Source of the DNA: Macrostomum hystrix
Taxonomy: Eukaryota > Animalia > Platyhelminthes
Length of the DNA stretch: 64,000 nt
Direction: 5' to 3'
Assembly (NCBI GenBank): GCA_950097015.1
Contig: CATNEN010000029.1
Span: 4,154,001 to 4,218,000, forward strand
The position numbers were made by a program, and so were the translations under genes. The notes under the pieces are model-generated. The model saw only the letters and a program-made list of their open reading frames with translations. It made no database searches and was not told the DNA's origin. The first letter of the stretch is position 1, and every line of letters starts with the position of its first letter. Of this stretch, positions 32,201 to 44,372 are shown in pieces.

Positions 32201-34749
32201 TTAATCATGATCGTTGCACACCATACCCAAGACGAAAATTCGCTTTCTGCACGGCACCTTCGCATGAGTTTCGCTTCGAAAAAATTATATACCTTCGTCG
32301 CTAAAAACAAACATGATAATATTGCAAAAAATATTCCATGAACTCCAAACTCAAAAAACGCTTTTGGACTTCTTAAATGGCAAAAAACAACTGCCAACTG
32401 TCCAGCATCTGCGCCGTGTCAAAAGCAGCAAAGAAGCAGAGAAATCACACGAGAAAGCACACTTTAAATGAGAATATCTAAAAAAAGTACTTGACTAATT
32501 TGTGTGTCTGAGGTGTCATTTTGGAGCAGGTACATGCGTCCAGCAGTTGTAGCTGTATCTGGTGAAATAATGGACCCATGCGTTTAGGACTTTAGGTGAC
32601 GCAGAAATAGGATAATAAGACGCATCCAAAAACCGTCCAAACACACTTTTAAAGTTTCTACAGTAGCAAATAATTGACTAAACAATTCGTCCCGCATATT
32701 TTTGAAAAAAACATAAAAATCATAGTCAGTTTGGCATCATAGTCAGACATACACTCTGGCTCGGGAGTTTGTGTTTTTGTTTTAATTTTCATTTAAAGTG
32801 AAAAAATGTTTGTCGGTAAATTATGTGTCGGGGAAACCATACATGTAAACCCATAGGTTCCAGAATTATAGACATGGATTCTAAGTCCATAAGCATGCTA
32901 TGGCTCAATAATAAGGACCCGGTAGCCCTGTCTATTGTTAATATTGCAGCTTATGAGCATGTTGTCTTGGTGTGGCACTTTACAGTAGGCCTAACTGTGG
33001 CAAAATATTTTTTCTTACATTTAATATGAAATCTTACAATACAAATACCCCACTTGTCTTTTGTATAAAATGAATCATATAACATTTGCTAGAGCCTAAT
33101 ATATTATGGTCTTAGATAGCTAATTCATTGGATTGGGTTTTTCAAATAGTTGCCTATAGGCCTAGGCATATTGCTAATCCATTAATAGAAAAGGTTTAAC
33201 AGAAAGTTTACCAAAAAGGGCAATGTGCATAACTCATAGGCAATTCATCGCATCCTTAAAGTGGAAAAGCAGGTTAGCTAGGTAAGTACAAAATATGAGG
33301 TAGCTAATAAGTTAAGGTACCTTGTGATAAGGATAGGTTTTTTATGTATTTTTTAAATAGGCTCTGGCTATCTTAGCTAGAGCTTTGCAGTGGCAGCAGT
33401 GACCTTAGCCTATGAAGAAAGTGGTTTTTGTAATTTGTTTTTTATATACTTTCTAACAATTTTTGTACATCAGTGAAGTTTATCTAGTCTTGGTCCAGCT
33501 CAGTCCTTGAAAAGTGAGTTTTACTTAGGCAGTACTTGGAGTTTAAAGTAGACAATGCTTAAGAAATGAGATTGATTTAGCCAATTATCACATATTTAAA
33601 CCATTCCATGACTTGATTTTAGTCAAAGTGATGAATATTATTTAGTCATAATGACTAGCTATAGGCATTTGCAGAGTCATTATCTCTTAGCAAGACTAGC
33701 AAAGACTTTTGATGCCCTCATTGGCAATGTCAATCAGCAACATTTAGTGAAACTGATAAATATCCTGTCAGTCAGCCAGAAATTTTCTTGCTAAATATGA
33801 GAAAAGTACCCTAATAGAGCAAATTTAAAAAAGCTGCGGACACTCCTGCTAGGCACACAGGTGCGCAGTTGTTTTCAAGAAAAAAAGAGCGCAAATATGC
33901 AATCGCTATATATCTTCAGTCTGACTCAATGTAGTAATTGATTTCACAAAAAAATGTCAAAAGACCTTTTTTGATCTCTGTAGTGTATTTCTAAAAATAG
34001 AACAGGTACGTGGTGATTTCGCAAAAATATGGACACATATACCAAATGACCTTTTTTTGATCTCTGTAATGTATTTCTATAATTAGAACTGCTAAGGTCG
34101 TCTTTTCGCACTTGGGCACTGCCAAGCATGTATTTGTGTAGGGGCACAAGGGCGCACTGTTTGTTATACATCTACATACTTATGTTACGACAACTTTACA
34201 CACAAGGCACGGCCATGCGGACATGAATTTCTTTCTGCGCAGCCTCGCAGACAATTTTTCACAAGCGCACCGGACGCTGTCCACAAAAACCCCTATTGGC
34301 TCCAATAGGGGAAAAGTAGATGCATTCATGCCTCAAGATAAGGAGTACTTAAGCTAAAAACTTTAACTAGAGTTATGCTTGACAGCCTTGTTAGGTTTGA
34401 AAGTAAAACATTCATTGCAAGGCTCAAGCATAGGCCTATATGGCAATACTTGATTGTGTTGTTCCCAAACTGGCAGCCCTGTACCATTCAAACCATAAGC
34501 CATACTAAGAGTAATCAACCATAGACAGAAGATTGGGATTGGGGAAGCTACTGATCTTTTGTGATGAAATGGGCTATAATGTTTGGACAGCAATGCCTTA
34601 AGGTCACACGTATGTAGGAGTCCCTATAGTGAAAAATTGTTGATCAACCAAGGGGGATACACTGCTTCAGGTGTTAGGCTATCAGTCTGATATGTGGTGA
34701 TGTCTAATTTAAATACTGCAGGACAGAATAACTTGAGCACTGTTTGTAA

Positions 34750-37208
34750 AGTTCATGGCTGAACTGTTTTCATTGTTTGGTGAGCCTTTCTGCCTTCTGT
34801 TTAGCAATGCTCATGCCCAGTGGAATCCATTAGCCATGGAGGCAGATTAAGAAGTCAAGTCTTTACCATATTATTCTCCACTTCTGAATATGACATAGCA
34901 TGTCATCTCCTCAGTGAAAGTATTACTGAAGTGATCACTAACTCCAGTAGAGTTGCAGTGGCAGCTAGGTGACAAGAATGCTGCCAATGCACTTGGCATC
35001 ACTTTACAAGAACACTGTGCCAACATTCTTGAACATGAACTGGAGGCCAGTATGGCAGCTGTCACATAGCCTCACTACAAAGCCTGGCATTATGAGAGCC
35101 TTTGGTATATAACCTGCTGCATTGGCATGGAAAAAAATTGCTGATTGAATTGAAAAGTAAAGTGTAAATAAAATTTTATATAAATGACTATAAAGCTATA
35201 TGCTCTTGATGCCGGCAACCTAATAGAGAGGATTTCTAAATATTACAAATACGATATACGAATCATTAATAAATAAGTACATGTATTCAGTATTTAGGAT
35301 AATTTAGCCTTATTTTTTTGTATTTAACCAATACTGTAAATGGGTACTTACTTCAGGAGCAGCAAACAATGCCAGAAAATTGGCTTCGTACTCCTGGGAG
35401 ATTTGAGCCTTTGTGATGAGCTCGCAGTCGATGGTGCATGATGTCTGCACTGCCTGGACAAAGTCTGCAGCATCTGCGATGATGGCACTGCAAGTCCTCA
35501 CAAGGCGGGATGCAATACGCTTCAAGGTGGCGCCCAAACCATCGATTGCACCCTTGCCATGCGACATGGCAAAAAAATTCCAACTGAGACTGGCAAGCTG
35601 GAACTCGCTGCATGCAATCTCAGCAAAGCAGACCATAAACCGATTCTTAAATTGGGAGGATGGACCGTCACTCCAGAAGTGAACCCGCCGACCAGGGGTG
35701 GTAAACTTCTGTAAAATTTGTCTAATTAATTTGTCAGAAGGATTAATCTGATCTAAGGTTTCAAAAACATTTCAAAACTGCAAAGTTCAATAAAGTACCT
35801 CTAGCAGTCGATGCAGGAACACAGCAATTGTGGTCTTTGTGTGGTCCGTTGTGTCGCTCACCAGGGTGAGCATGCTGGAACCAGAATGGTGGTAGACAGC
35901 CACAGTAAACAAGGTTACTTGGTTCTGGCTCCAGTATGCAGATTGAATCGCATCCTAGTGGCTGCACGAATAGTTTTCGCTGAAGTCGAAGTGGATGAAC
36001 ACTTCGTCCTCAGCAAGGTTGGCCTTCTGGCTGTGGTACACAGATGACTGTTGGACCCAGGTCCGCTCATGGACAACAAATAAGGGCAGCATCTCCATCA
36101 GCTGCTGATGAGCAGCAGTCACAGACACTGCGGAAACCGCCTGGTCCATCCGCTGAGTGTCCTTTTTCCGCTGCCAGATACGGAAGGCAATACCCACGTC
36201 ATTGCCATCTGGGCATACACCTGGCACTCGGTGGCTCTAGAGAACTGCAGACTGCGCATGTACCCAGGGCACATTCCGCCTGTGGAGTATCGCAGTACAC
36301 CATCTGTCGCATCCAGTCAGATGTGTATGGCGGAAAGCCTGGGACTTTGCCAGCCAATGCATTGCACACACTACAAAGTATAACGCTCTAAATGTTGAGC
36401 AATTTTCCTAGCTGATTATTAAGTACAATTGCCAATTAATATAGTATGACAGTACATACCTCTTGAAATTCTCATGCTGTATGCAACAACACGAGTAAAT
36501 TGGTGTGTCACCAAAAGGGACGACATGCTGCGGTCGCAGCTCACAAAATTTCGACAGCGACACTCTCTGACTAGACTCCTGGACAAACAAGTGATGCGCC
36601 TCCTTGAGACTCATCGAGAGGTACCGCTTCTGGATGGCTTCACCATTGATATTCAAAAACTCCTTCCGTCCAGGGGACCACATTGAAATGTCCTCCCGGA
36701 GGAAGAAGTCTATGACTTCTTTTATGACATCATCTGGCATGTGGCACCTCTTGATGGGTTCAGGGAGTGGCACATTGTTCTCCAGGTGTAGCCGCTGCAG
36801 GATGGCCACTCTACGTGGTGTTGTGGGCAGTGCACTACGGACCCTACGATTATGTATACAGATAGTCTCTGAAGTTCAATGATTTAATATACATTGCAAT
36901 TCACTAAAATACGAATGTGTAACATACCTGTTCAGAGCACGAGAAATGGACTGATTTGAAGCAAATGGCGAAGTTTCTCCAGGGGTGGCAGCAGCAGTTT
37001 CAGCAGGCTTTGCAGCCGCGGCCCGTTCAGCTCTTTTACGAGCATGAAAGGTCTCTTGGCGGAGCTTTGCCTAGTCTCGAATCTTCGCCTTCTTCTCCTC
37101 CGATGCAGCCTGCCTGCGACGCTTGCGTCCTCGCTCTCTCTCCTTCTCTCGTAGGCGCAGCTGAAAAGCCTTTTGAACTTCTGCTTTCGATTTATTTGGG
37201 CGAGGCAT
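34750..37208 (-). pseudogene. Spliced DDD transposase pseudogene, Sola2-like
   Basis: ATG at 37208 (MPRPNKSKAEVQK...), introns 36927-36844, 36459-36371 and 35798-35709; motifs QKRYLSMSLKEAHHLF...SKFCELRPQHV...CCCIQHENF, Cys cluster, FIHFDFSENY (D 35987), WSDGPSSQFKN (D 35669), WNFFAMSHGKGAIDGLGATLKR (D 35543). In-frame TAG at 35955 and near 37075, frameshifts near 37140 and 36230. 3' boundary approximate. Confidence 0.8.
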
Positions 37209-37789
37209 GGTACTAAAGCAGCTAGCTTAATTGCTGAAATTCAGACCCCCCAACCCCCGGGCCAAATGAGCAGATTTCTAGATCATGGACGTTACACAAC
37301 TTTGCAAGATATTTTTCTACATATGATATGTGCTATCAGAACCAAATTTTCTATCATAATGTAGCAACATAAAGTGCAATAAAATTTATAATAATACAGT
37401 ATATAAGTGGTCCCTGAGGCCTGCCAAACAATTTTTATGTATGTTTACTACGGATGTTACTATCAGGGACACCAATCCTCCTTTCAGACCTCTAGTAAAG
37501 CAACCAATATACATTAAGACTCAAAAAATGATTTATATGAGCCCTAATATGTAATCTGAGTGATCCAAAAAATGCTAAATATTACATCCTACACAAATCT
37601 GCATGCATTTAAATAAATGCACACCAAAATATAATACCTGTTGTCACTACGGGGGGTGTACTTTTCAAATATAAAAAGAACAATTTAATATCTGGTCACA
37701 AAGCTAAAATAATTAGAATATGAAAATAGACATGTCAAAGTACATAAAAACTGTGAAAGCTAATGGGATATCAGAAATTTTTATTTTTT

Positions 37790-37820
37790 TCCCTAGGATG
37801 ACCCTATTGTGGAATTGCCC
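37790..37820 (-). mobile_element. Candidate 5' terminus of the Sola2-like element (minus strand GGGCAATTCCACAATAGGGTCATCC)
   Basis: Begins with GRG as described for Sola2 termini and lies ~610 bp upstream of the transposase ATG; matching opposite TIR not found. Confidence 0.3.
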
Positions 37821-38329
37821 TATAATGATTAAAGCTACAATGGCTAAATAAAATTCACTTTGACCTAATTAAAGTTACAAAAAATGGACTCGGCTAAATC
37901 TAATTTACTTCTTTACTATAGTCTATGGTAAACCCTTAGTGTTGACAAACCTCACAGCTTAGTTGTTATGAGTTGTGTGCTAAGAACCTACCTATAGATG
38001 ACAATATTAACTCTACCTATGTATATTCATTATGTATATTCAATTATATATTGAGGTTCAGTTAATAAATTTTACTGTATATTAAATGTAACACAAACAA
38101 AGCCAAACCAGAAATTTCAGGCTTTGGTACAGTGTATGCCAAAAATGAAACAGAAATAGGCTATAAGGATAGCATACAGACAAAGAACAATATAGGCGAT
38201 TTAGGAAACATGTTTAAAATATGAGAAAATCTGCTGCAATAATATGGGAACTGAGTTGAAATTTTAATGAGCAAGTTTGTCTTCTGATGCACTGTGCTGT
38301 TTCATCTGCTTGCTTACAGTTGTAAAAGT

Positions 38330-39880
38330 GCATACATATTTTAATACACATGATCATGTGTATCATGATGGTGTATGATGGTCTGTGATAGATCCTTTAA
38401 CATAGCAAAGCACCCTCTAATTGTTGGATGATTGTCACCAACCAGTGCAAACAAAGACCCGCAATGCTTGTTCACCCACTCAATGCAGTTGCTGATGATT
38501 TGTTTCAGAAATTCTGCTTTGAGTAGATAAATGGGAGTAAGTCTTAGAATGACAGCCTTAAAACCATCGATGGTTTTTTAGCATTATAGCCAGAATGGTG
38601 CGAGCTGCCTTTTATGGACTGTCCTCTGCGTAACCAAACAAATGTTTGCACCTAATCTTGACTGACGGTTGGACGTACATCTCGTCAAATAATACTACGC
38701 ATTTTAGCTAAGGCTCACGAAGCATTGTAAAAACTGCCCGAATATTCTCTTCGGAGTCCGTGTGTTCCAACTTCTCCAAGTCCAGCCAAATGTGTTCGCA
38801 GTGTCGGCTGATGAGGAGGAGGTAACAGATTACAAAGCTGCGAGTACGCCGAACTACTTATCAAGTAGATTAAAGCAAATTTTCTTAGTGTAGCACCGAC
38901 GTCTCACACCAAAGTCACACCGACGACTCGTAGGACTTTCTGACGATAGCTGCAGTTTCGATAAAACAAAAGTTTTCTGGCTTCAGCACATGAATGAGAG
39001 AGGATGACAGCCCTCAGCTCATATTTTAACGAGAAACTAAAGCTTTTGCAGCGAACAACTACGGCATCAAGTTGCGAATATAATTTAAGCGTCAGTTAAA
39101 ATCCCAACAGATCTCACTAAGGCACTGGCGAATGGTAATAAAAACCACAAGTCGCAAAGTTCGGGGATATTTACACCTTAATTTCGATTAAATACAGTAT
39201 CTTCTCTTGAATACAGTCCTAGTAAGTTAATTTTTTCATTGCAGACAGAAACGAGTGAAGAGTGCTGCTCAACGACAGCAAAAAACTTATAAGTAAAGCC
39301 GTGAGAGACTCGTACCAGCATGACAAACTGTCAACTTTACAAAAATTCTTTCATCTCGTCTGTCTGCTATTTCGATCTGCTGACAAAACATTGCGCTCCT
39401 TAGCATTCCTTGACACGGCTAAAAAATTGCATGCGAGAAAGATTGTGTTCGTAGACCTTGACTCGAATGAATGATAATATACAAATTATTGTCAAAAAAA
39501 TAAGTGTTAAAGTGCATTTCGACTGAACCAAGCAGGCCGGTAAGATGTCTACGCTAAAGATTGATGATGGATCAGCAGGCCACCCAAATCTGCGGTTTTA
39601 AATTATCGGTGTGCCTGACGGCCAGTGCTTTTCGCAGACTGCCATGTGCGGTGTTGGCTCCTGGAAATCACATAATCACTGCTTCGTTGCACATACAATT
39701 GTTGCTGTTACTCACTAGCTGACTGATATAAGAACAGTGTCAACCAACTCACCTAGATAATATTTGGTAGAGAAAGACGCCATTTCTCTCTCAAACTGAT
39801 CTTTTGGAAATTTAAAGACTTTAGCTGCAGTCTTTTCTGTCAGATAGTTCGACTTTCAACCAGCAACGAAGCACTTTCAA
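38330..39880 (-). pseudogene. THAP-domain P-element-superfamily (THAP9-like) transposase pseudogene, 3'-truncated
   Basis: KCFVAG*KSNYLTEKTAAKVFKFPKDQFER(E)WRLSLPN, intron 39752-39661, EPTPHMAVCEKHWP...DPSSIF (THAP C2CH); then AYSQLCNLLPPHQPTLR, KCVVLFDEMYVQP (~38690), LFGYAEDSP*KAARTILAIM, ILRLTPIYLLKAEFL...LVGDNHPT (~38430). Several stops and frameshifts. Confidence 0.8.
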
Positions 39881-40277
39881 CGAAAGAATTTTGCATGGAG
39901 CTAGCTATCAGAATCTGGGGTACTGTAAAAATGTGTTCCAGATCGGTCCACAAAAATTAAAGGTAAAAACTGATTGTGGCCGATTATATAATCGGATACA
40001 TTTTGCTTAGGTGTCGAAACATCTAAACTCCCACGAGTAAAATTCTCTTCAGCAGAAATCGTAAAAATCGGACTCTTGCATCAATGGGCCGTTTCCCGTC
40101 CCGAGTATTTAGTTGTCCCTGGGATTTCCTTATTAAATTAGTTTAAGCTTTAGTGCCTTAGTTACAATTTTGCCTTACTAAACAATAAATATTTAATCCT
40201 CCTGGTCAAATTTAGCATCTACGAGCTCGTATTGTACTTAAATTCAGCAATCAATATATGCAATGGTTTACTAAGAA

Positions 40278-40299
40278 TTTTTTCACCCACCCTCTGCAG
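40278..40299 (+). promoter_or_regulatory. Splice-acceptor-like site 7 nt upstream of the PXMP4 ATG (cis 5'UTR intron or trans-splice acceptor)
   Basis: TTTTTCACCCACCCTCTGCAG|CAATCTCATG; AG at 40298-40299. Confidence 0.55.
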
Positions 40300-40306
40300 C
40301 AATCTC

Positions 40307-40963
40307 ATGGCCTCCTTGCTGCCTCCCAACCTGCTAGAGTCAATAAACTGGGCGCTGCGACAGCCTCAGTACAGTTTCGCAGCCGAACTAATTAAAAGCA
40401 TTCGCAATGGTATTGTCTATGGCTGCAAGATTCGCTTTCCTCACGCCCTAGTCATGACATTCTTATTTAAATCTGGTCCGCTGTCTGATAAGCTGCGCAA
40501 TATTCTAGAGCTAACTGTGCAGCATGCGCGCGGCCTTGCTAGCTTCGCTCTGGTGTACAAACTCGCCTGCCGCCTATTGGCCAGGGCTGCTGGCGACAAA
40601 TCCGATAGGCCCGCTCTGCGCGGCTGGCATGCGTTTGCAGCCGCATTCTTAGCCGGCTACCTGGTCTTTGGCAGGTCTAACAGGGTCAATGAACAGATTA
40701 ACTTGTATCTGCTGTCGCGGGTTCTCTACGGATTCGCTAAGCTGCTAGTTAAACGTGGCTGGATTGCTAATCCGCCTAGTAATTCGTTTCCATTGTTTGC
40801 TGCGATTGTTTGGGGCTGCGTGCTCTGCCTGTTCGAGTTCGAAGGCAACAATCTGCAACCGTCTCTGAAGGCTTCAATGACCTATATTTATCACGACAGC
40901 ACAGCTTGGACTAACTTTATCGATTGGCTAGTCTACAATAAGATGCCGGCTGTTAAGAAATGA
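40307..40963 (+). CDS. PXMP4: Peroxisomal membrane protein 4 (PMP24, Tim17/22-like family), intronless, 218 aa
   Basis: Motifs RNGIVYGCKIRFPHALVMTFLF, HAFAAAFLAGYLVFG, QINLYLLSRV, LQPSLKASMTYIY match recalled human PXMP4. First ATG at 40307 within track ORF 40232-40963. Confidence 0.95.
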   Translation: MASLLPPNLLESINWALRQPQYSFAAELIKSIRNGIVYGCKIRFPHALVMTFLFKSGPLSDKLRNILELTVQHARGLASFALVYKLACRLLARAAGDKSDRPALRGWHAFAAAFLAGYLVFGRSNRVNEQINLYLLSRVLYGFAKLLVKRGWIANPPSNSFPLFAAIVWGCVLCLFEFEGNNLQPSLKASMTYIYHDSTAWTNFIDWLVYNKMPAVKK

Positions 40964-41116
40964 CTGCTAATCGTCTTTGATTTTACCCTACCATATTGAA
41001 ATGCTAGTTTGATTATTTCACACTGATTGGTTATCTATTGCTTTTCTCATAAACCAAAATGCGTTCTTCGATTCAATTGTTCGCTTTTGAATGTTTGCCT
41101 TAAAGATTGGCCTTGA

Positions 41117-41335
41117 TGCTCTTGGTTCATAGGCTAGCCATAACTCTTGGTCATAGGATAGTCACAACTCTTGGTCGTAGGCTAGTCATGACTCTTTGTT
41201 CATAGACTAGCCTTGACTCTTTGTTCATAAGCTAATCATGACTCTTGGTTCATAGGCTAGCCATAACTCTTTGTTCGTATGCAAATCATAACTCTTCGTC
41301 ATGGGCTAGTCATGACTCTTGGATCATAGTCAGGC
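41117..41335. repeat. Degenerate ~25-bp tandem repeat (ACTCTTGGTTCATAGGCTAGCCATG), ~8 copies, downstream of PXMP4
   Basis: Repeated ACTCTT(G/T)GTTCATAGGCTAG blocks. Confidence 0.8.
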
Positions 41336-41789
41336 TGAAAAGTTTTTTTCCAAGCAGTGAGTGAAACCTATTTTGAACTGTCGTCGCAGTTTCATAGGCC
41401 TAATATAGTAAAACATAGATTTTTTGTTTTATTTAAAGAAAATTAGGCTTGTTTGCTTGGTATTCGTTTAATAATTTTGGTTGGTTTGCCATTTCTTAAA
41501 CTAATGAATAAGTTTCCCAGTTCTCCCTACAGCTAAATTGAGGCTTCTCGATTAACTAGCTTGACATGATTTGGTCAACTAATGGTGCTAATTTGTAACG
41601 TAACTATTGTATGCTTTTTATGGTATGCCTAAATTATTAGACAAAATTGACAAAATTATTCAAAGTAAAAAATGCCGTTTAAGAATTTTAGATTTCTTTT
41701 ACCTGTTCTAGGTCTTCGATTTCAGTTTTTATTGTCATCTTTGTGTGATTTTTTATAGATTTATCGAAAAACATTGCCGACATCCAAGT

Positions 41790-43875
41790 CCCTCAGCTTA
41801 GGCTGCTACCCTCCCAGATCCCCAGCTCAGTCAGTTTCTCTCCCAGATCCCCAGCTCAGTCAGTTTCTCTCCCAGATCCCCAGCTCAGTCAGTTTCTCTC
41901 CCAGATCCCCAGCTCAGTCAGTTTCTCTCCCAGATCCCCAGCTCAGTCAGTTTCTCTCCCAGATCCCCAGCTCAGTCAGTTTCTCTCCCAGATCCCCAGC
42001 TCAGTCAGCTACTCTCCCAGATCCCCAGCTCAGTCAGTTTCTCTCCCAGATCCCCAGCTCAGTCAGCTACTCTCCCAGATCCCCAGCTCAGTCAGTTTCT
42101 CTCCCAGATCCCCAGCTCAATCAGCTACTCTCCCAGATCCCCAACTCAATCAGTTTCTCTCCCAGATCCCCAGCTCAGTCAGCTACTCTCCCAGATCCCC
42201 AACTCAATCAGTTTCTCTCCCAGATCCCCAGCTCAGTCAGCTACTCTCCCAGATCTCCAGCTCAGTGTCCTACTCTTCCAGATCGTCAGCTCAGTCAGCT
42301 ACACTCCCAGATCCCCAGCTCAGTCAGCTACTCTCCCAGATCCCCAGCTCAGTCAGCTACTCTCCCAGATCCCCAGCTCAGTCAGCTACTCTCCCAGATC
42401 CCCAGCTCAGTCAGCTACTCTCCCAGGTCCCCAGCTCAGTCAGCTACTCTCCCAGGTCCCCAGCTCAGTCAGCTACTCTCCCAGATCCCCAGCTCAGTCA
42501 GCTACTCTCCCAGGTCCCCAGCTCAGTCAGCTACTCTCCCAGATCCCCAGCTCAGTCAGCTCAGCTCAGTGTCCTACTCTTCCAGATCGTCAGCTCAGTC
42601 AGCTACACTCCCAGATCCCTAGCTCAGTCAGCTACTCTCCCAGATCCCCAGCTCAGTCAGCTACTCTCCCAGATCCCCAGCTCAGTCAGCTACTCTCCCA
42701 GATCCCCAGCTCAGTCAGCTACCCTCCCAGATCCCCAACTCAGTCAGCTACTCTCCCAGATCCCCAGCTCAGTCAGCTACTCTCCCAGATCCCCAGCTCA
42801 TTCAGCTACTCTCCCAGATCCCCAGCTCAGTCATCTACTCTCCCAGATCCCCAGCTCAGTCAGCTACTCTCCCAGATCCCCAGCTCAGTCAGCTACTCTC
42901 CCAGGTCCCCAGCTCAGTCATCTACTCTCCCAGATCCCCAGCTCAGTCAGCTACTCTCCCAGATCCCCAGCTCAGTCATCTACTCTCCCAGATCCCCAGC
43001 TCAGTCAGCTACTCTCCCAGATCCCCAGCTCAGTCAGCTACTCTCCCAGGTCCCCAGCTCAGTCAGCTACTCTCCCAGATCCCCAGCTCAGTCATCTACT
43101 CTCCCAGGTCCCCAGCTTAGGCTGCTACCCTCCCAGATCCCCAGCTCAGTCAGCTACCCTCCCAGATCCCCAGCTCAGTCAGCTACTCTCCCAGATCCCC
43201 AGCTCAGTCAGCTACTCTCCCAGATCCCCAGCTCAGTCAGCTAGTCTCCCAGATCCCCAGCTCAGTCAGCTACTCTCCCTGATCCCCAGCTCAGTCAGCT
43301 ACTCTCCCAGATCCCCAGCTCAGTCAGCTACTCTCCCAGGTCCCCAACTCAGTCAGCTACTCTCCCAGATCCCCAGCTCAGTCATCTACTCTCCCAGATC
43401 CCCAGCTCAGTCAGCTACTCTCCCAGATCCCCAGCTCAGTCAGCTACTCTCCCAGGTCCCCAGCTCAGTCAGCTACTCTCCCAGATCCCCAGCTCAGTCT
43501 TCTACTCTCCCAGGTCCCCAGCTTAGGCTGCTACCCTCCCAGATCCCCAGCTCAGTCAGCTACTCTCCCAGGTCCCCAACTTAGTCAGCTACTCTCCCAG
43601 ATCCCCAGCTCAGTCAGTTTCTCTCCCAGATCCCCAGCTCAGTCAGTTTCTCTCCCAGATCCCCAACTCAGTCAGTTTCTCTCCCAGATCCCCAGCTCAG
43701 TCAGTTTCTCTCCCAGATCCCCAACTCAGTCAGTTTCTCTCCCAGATCCCCAACTCAGTCAGTTTCTCTCCCAGATCCCCAGCTCAGTCAGTTTCTCTCC
43801 CAGATCCCCAACTCAGTCAGTTTCTCTCCCAGATCCCCAGCTCAGTCAGTTTCTCTCCCAGATCCCCAGCTCAGT
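41790..43875. repeat. 29-bp minisatellite (CTCCCAGATCCCCAGCTCAGTCAG[CTA/TTT]CT)n, ~70 copies, between PXMP4 and RPL22
   Basis: CAGCTCAG recurs at 41881 and 41910; TTT variants at both edges, CTA variants inside. Confidence 0.97.
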
Positions 43876-43930
43876 CTCCTACCATCCCAGAGGCAGACCC
43901 TGAGCTCAAATGTTAAGCAATATTGCCTCG

Positions 43931-43971
43931 GTTTTTGCAACTTTACTAACCGAGTCCATCCGCATTCCTAG
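43931..43971 (+). promoter_or_regulatory. Branch point plus acceptor upstream of RPL22 ATG
   Basis: TTTACTAAC (branch consensus, 43942-43950) followed by CATTCCTAG (AG 43970-43971), 14 nt before the ATG; alternative AG at 43979-43980. Confidence 0.6.
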
Positions 43972-43985
43972 AGCCCGCAGCTACA

Positions 43986-44372
43986 ATGCCGAAGGTGCCT
44001 CGCCGCTCGAATCTGAAGGGCAAGAAGAAGAAGCAGACGCACAAGTTTGTGATCGACTGCACTCATCCGGTTGAGGACGGCATCATGGATGTGGCCAGCT
44101 TTCAGAAGTTTCTGTTAGAGAAAATCAAAGTTCAGGGCAAGACGAACAACCTGCAGAATGTGGTCACTGTGGAGCAGAATAAGAGTAAAGTGACGGTGTC
44201 CGCTGATATTCCATTCTCTAAGCGCTACCTAAAATACCTGACCAAGAAATACTTGAAGAAGAACTCTCTGCGCGACTGGCTTCGAGTTGTCTCAACAGAG
44301 AAGGACACCTACGAGCTCAGATACTTTAACATCAACAGCGAGGAGGCCGACGACGAGGGCGGCGAAGATTAA
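43986..44372 (+). CDS. RPL22: 60S ribosomal protein L22 (eL22), intronless CDS, 128 aa
   Basis: [16 protein letters not shown]...[26 protein letters not shown]...YELRYFNI hallmark eL22 sequence; acidic C-terminus. Confidence 0.98.
   Translation: MPKVPRRSNLKGKKKKQTHKFVIDCTHPVEDGIMDVASFQKFLLEKIKVQGKTNNLQNVVTVEQNKSKVTVSADIPFSKRYLKYLTKKYLKKNSLRDWLRVVSTEKDTYELRYFNINSEEADDEGGED

Noticed and set aside
31100-32400. Overlapping short ORFs; HGIPEDVI and LHPLTN motifs reminiscent of a retroviral integrase, or a continuation of the P element
   Set aside because: Motifs lie in different frames and no DDE spacing or P-element C-terminal motif could be reconstructed.
33963-34089. ~41-bp direct repeat pair as possible left subterminal region of the Sola2-like element
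   Set aside because: No convincing reverse-complement match to the 37.4-37.8 kb end; no TIR or TSD found.
40232-40306. N-terminal extension of the PXMP4 ORF from the track (TTG start)
   Set aside because: Lies upstream of an acceptor-like AG; homology begins at the ATG at 40307.
41774-43584. Ser/Pro/Gln-rich mucin-like ORFs
   Set aside because: 29-bp unit (not a multiple of 3) cycling through frames.
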